Positions 62,910-64,000 of a stretch of DNA of 64,000 bases are shown one piece after another. The notes beneath the pieces are model-generated. The model saw nothing but the letters and a program-made list of their open reading frames with translations. It did no database searches and was not told where the DNA came from. The first letter of the stretch is position 1; each line of letters opens with the position of its first letter. Made by a program: the position numbers and the translations under genes. The stretch is from Candidatus Binatia bacterium (GTDB lineage Bacteria; Desulfobacterota; Binatia; UBA1149; CAITLU01). Location: assembly GCA_036493895.1 (NCBI GenBank), contig DASXOZ010000011.1:626-64625 (forward strand), read 5' to 3'.

Positions 62910-64000
62910 TCAGTGAAAATCCCGGCTCGCGGAGGGCTCCGGCCTGCGCACGAGATCGGGTGCCCACAGCTCGCGGGCGACGACGTGCACGACGCCGCCG
63001 TCGGACTGCAGGGTGCCGGCGACGCCGAGGAACGAAGCGCTACGGGCGAGCACCGGATACCGGTCGAACACGCTCTGCCACAGGATCACGTTGACGAAGC
63101 CGGTTTCGTCCTCGAGGGTCATGAAGACGACGCCCTTGGCCGTGCCCGGCCTCTGGCGACAGATGACGATGCCGGCGTAGCGCACCCGGTTTCCCCCTGG
63201 CACGCGCGAAAGCTCGACAGCGGTCGGAAGCCCGCGGCGGCGCAATTCCGGCCTGAGCGGCTCGAGCGGATAGCCGCGCACGCTGTGCGCCGTGCGCAGG
63301 TGGTCCCACGCGATCGTCTCGAAGCGGGTCAGCTGCGAAAAATCGGGCTGGGGGGAGCGGTCCTCCAGCAAAAGCGCCGCATCGTCGCCGTCGGCGGCGC
63401 CGGCCTGCCACAGCGCGCGGCGCCGGTCGCTTTCGAGGTTTTCGAGGGCGCCGGCCTCGGCGAGGGATTCGAGCGCGCCGCGGCCGATGCCGCTCTTGCG
63501 TGCAAGATCGTCGATCGACGCGAACGGCGTGGTCGCCTCCGCCTGCCTGGCGCTCACGATTGCCTCGGCATCCTTCCTGGCCAGCCCCTTGACGAAGCGC
63601 AGACCCATCCTCACCGCGAAGTCGGCGGCCGTCAGCTCCATCGTCGAATCGACGTCGCTTGCGAGCACGTCGATCGGCAGCACCTCGACGCCGCTGCGCT
63701 GGGCATCGGCGACGATGGTCGAAACCGAATAAAACCCCATCGGCTGGGCATTGAGCAGCGCGCACGTGAACTCGACGGGCCAGTGGCAGCGCAGCCAAGC
63801 CGTCGCGTAAGCGATCAGCGCAAAACTGGCGGCGTGGCTTTCGGGAAAGCCGTACTCGCCGAAGCCGCGGATCTGCTCGAACACGCGCTCGGCGAACTCG
63901 CGGCGAATTCCCTTGGCCATCATGCGGGCGGTCAGCCTTTCGCGGTGCTTCTCGATGCGGCCGGTGCGGCGCCACGCGGCCATGTCGCGCCGCAGCTGGT
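62910..64000 (-). CDS. dnaE2: Error-prone DNA polymerase III alpha DnaE2, 3' part (runs off the window edge)
   Basis: [56 protein letters not shown], terminal SRDFH. Confidence 0.95.
   Translation of the reverse strand, partial: QLRRDMAAWRRTGRIEKHRERLTARMMAKGIRREFAERVFEQIRGFGEYGFPESHAASFALIAYATAWLRCHWPVEFTCALLNAQPMGFYSVSTIVADAQRSGVEVLPIDVLASDVDSTMELTAADFAVRMGLRFVKGLARKDAEAIVSARQAEATTPFASIDDLARKSGIGRGALESLAEAGALENLESDRRRALWQAGAADGDDAALLLEDRSPQPDFSQLTRFETIAWDHLRTAHSVRGYPLEPLRPELRRRGLPTAVELSRVPGGNRVRYAGIVICRQRPGTAKGVVFMTLEDETGFVNVILWQSVFDRYPVLARSASFLGVAGTLQSDGGVVHVVARELWAPDLVRRPEPSASRDFH

Overview
A GC-rich bacterial chromosomal window with no rRNA, tRNA, CRISPR array, integrase or transposase that I can support. 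TamAB, OpgG and MtgA indicate a diderm envelope, while the catabolic genes look actinobacterial. That mix suggests a Binatota/deltaproteobacteria-like organism, but this is inference only. (1) 1-19.8 kb: a family of three co-oriented secreted proteins that share an unannotated Cys-rich head domain. Two are complete giants (2610 and 2301 aa) built from 49 and 39 exact 32-aa disintegrin-like repeats followed by six Ig/DUF11-like modules. The third is cut by the window edge and is missing from the ORF track. (2) About 0.7-4.4 kb and 20-53 kb: a dense lipid/steroid/aromatic catabolism neighbourhood with 7 SDRs, 3 luciferase-like (LLM) oxidoreductases, 2 acyl-CoA ligases, an HmgA-like dioxygenase, a KshA-like Rieske oxygenase, a Tat-exported KstD-like flavoprotein and a MenB/BadI-like crotonase. 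Four intergenic 14-bp palindromes resembling the actinobacterial KstR operator sit in front of these operons. (3) Non-coding repeat systems: a REP-like GGGGTCAGGCACC element (one doublet, one 8-fold tandem expansion, one single arm), a 28-bp-arm stem-loop and a 30-bp minisatellite. (4) Other notable genes: a full-length NamH (Rv3818)-like MBL-Rieske hydroxylase, a membrane-domain/SDR fusion, an excisionase-type HTH/AlaA aminotransferase fusion, tamAB, a Crp/Fnr regulator and the 3' part of dnaE2. All family calls come from motif recognition by eye, not database searches.
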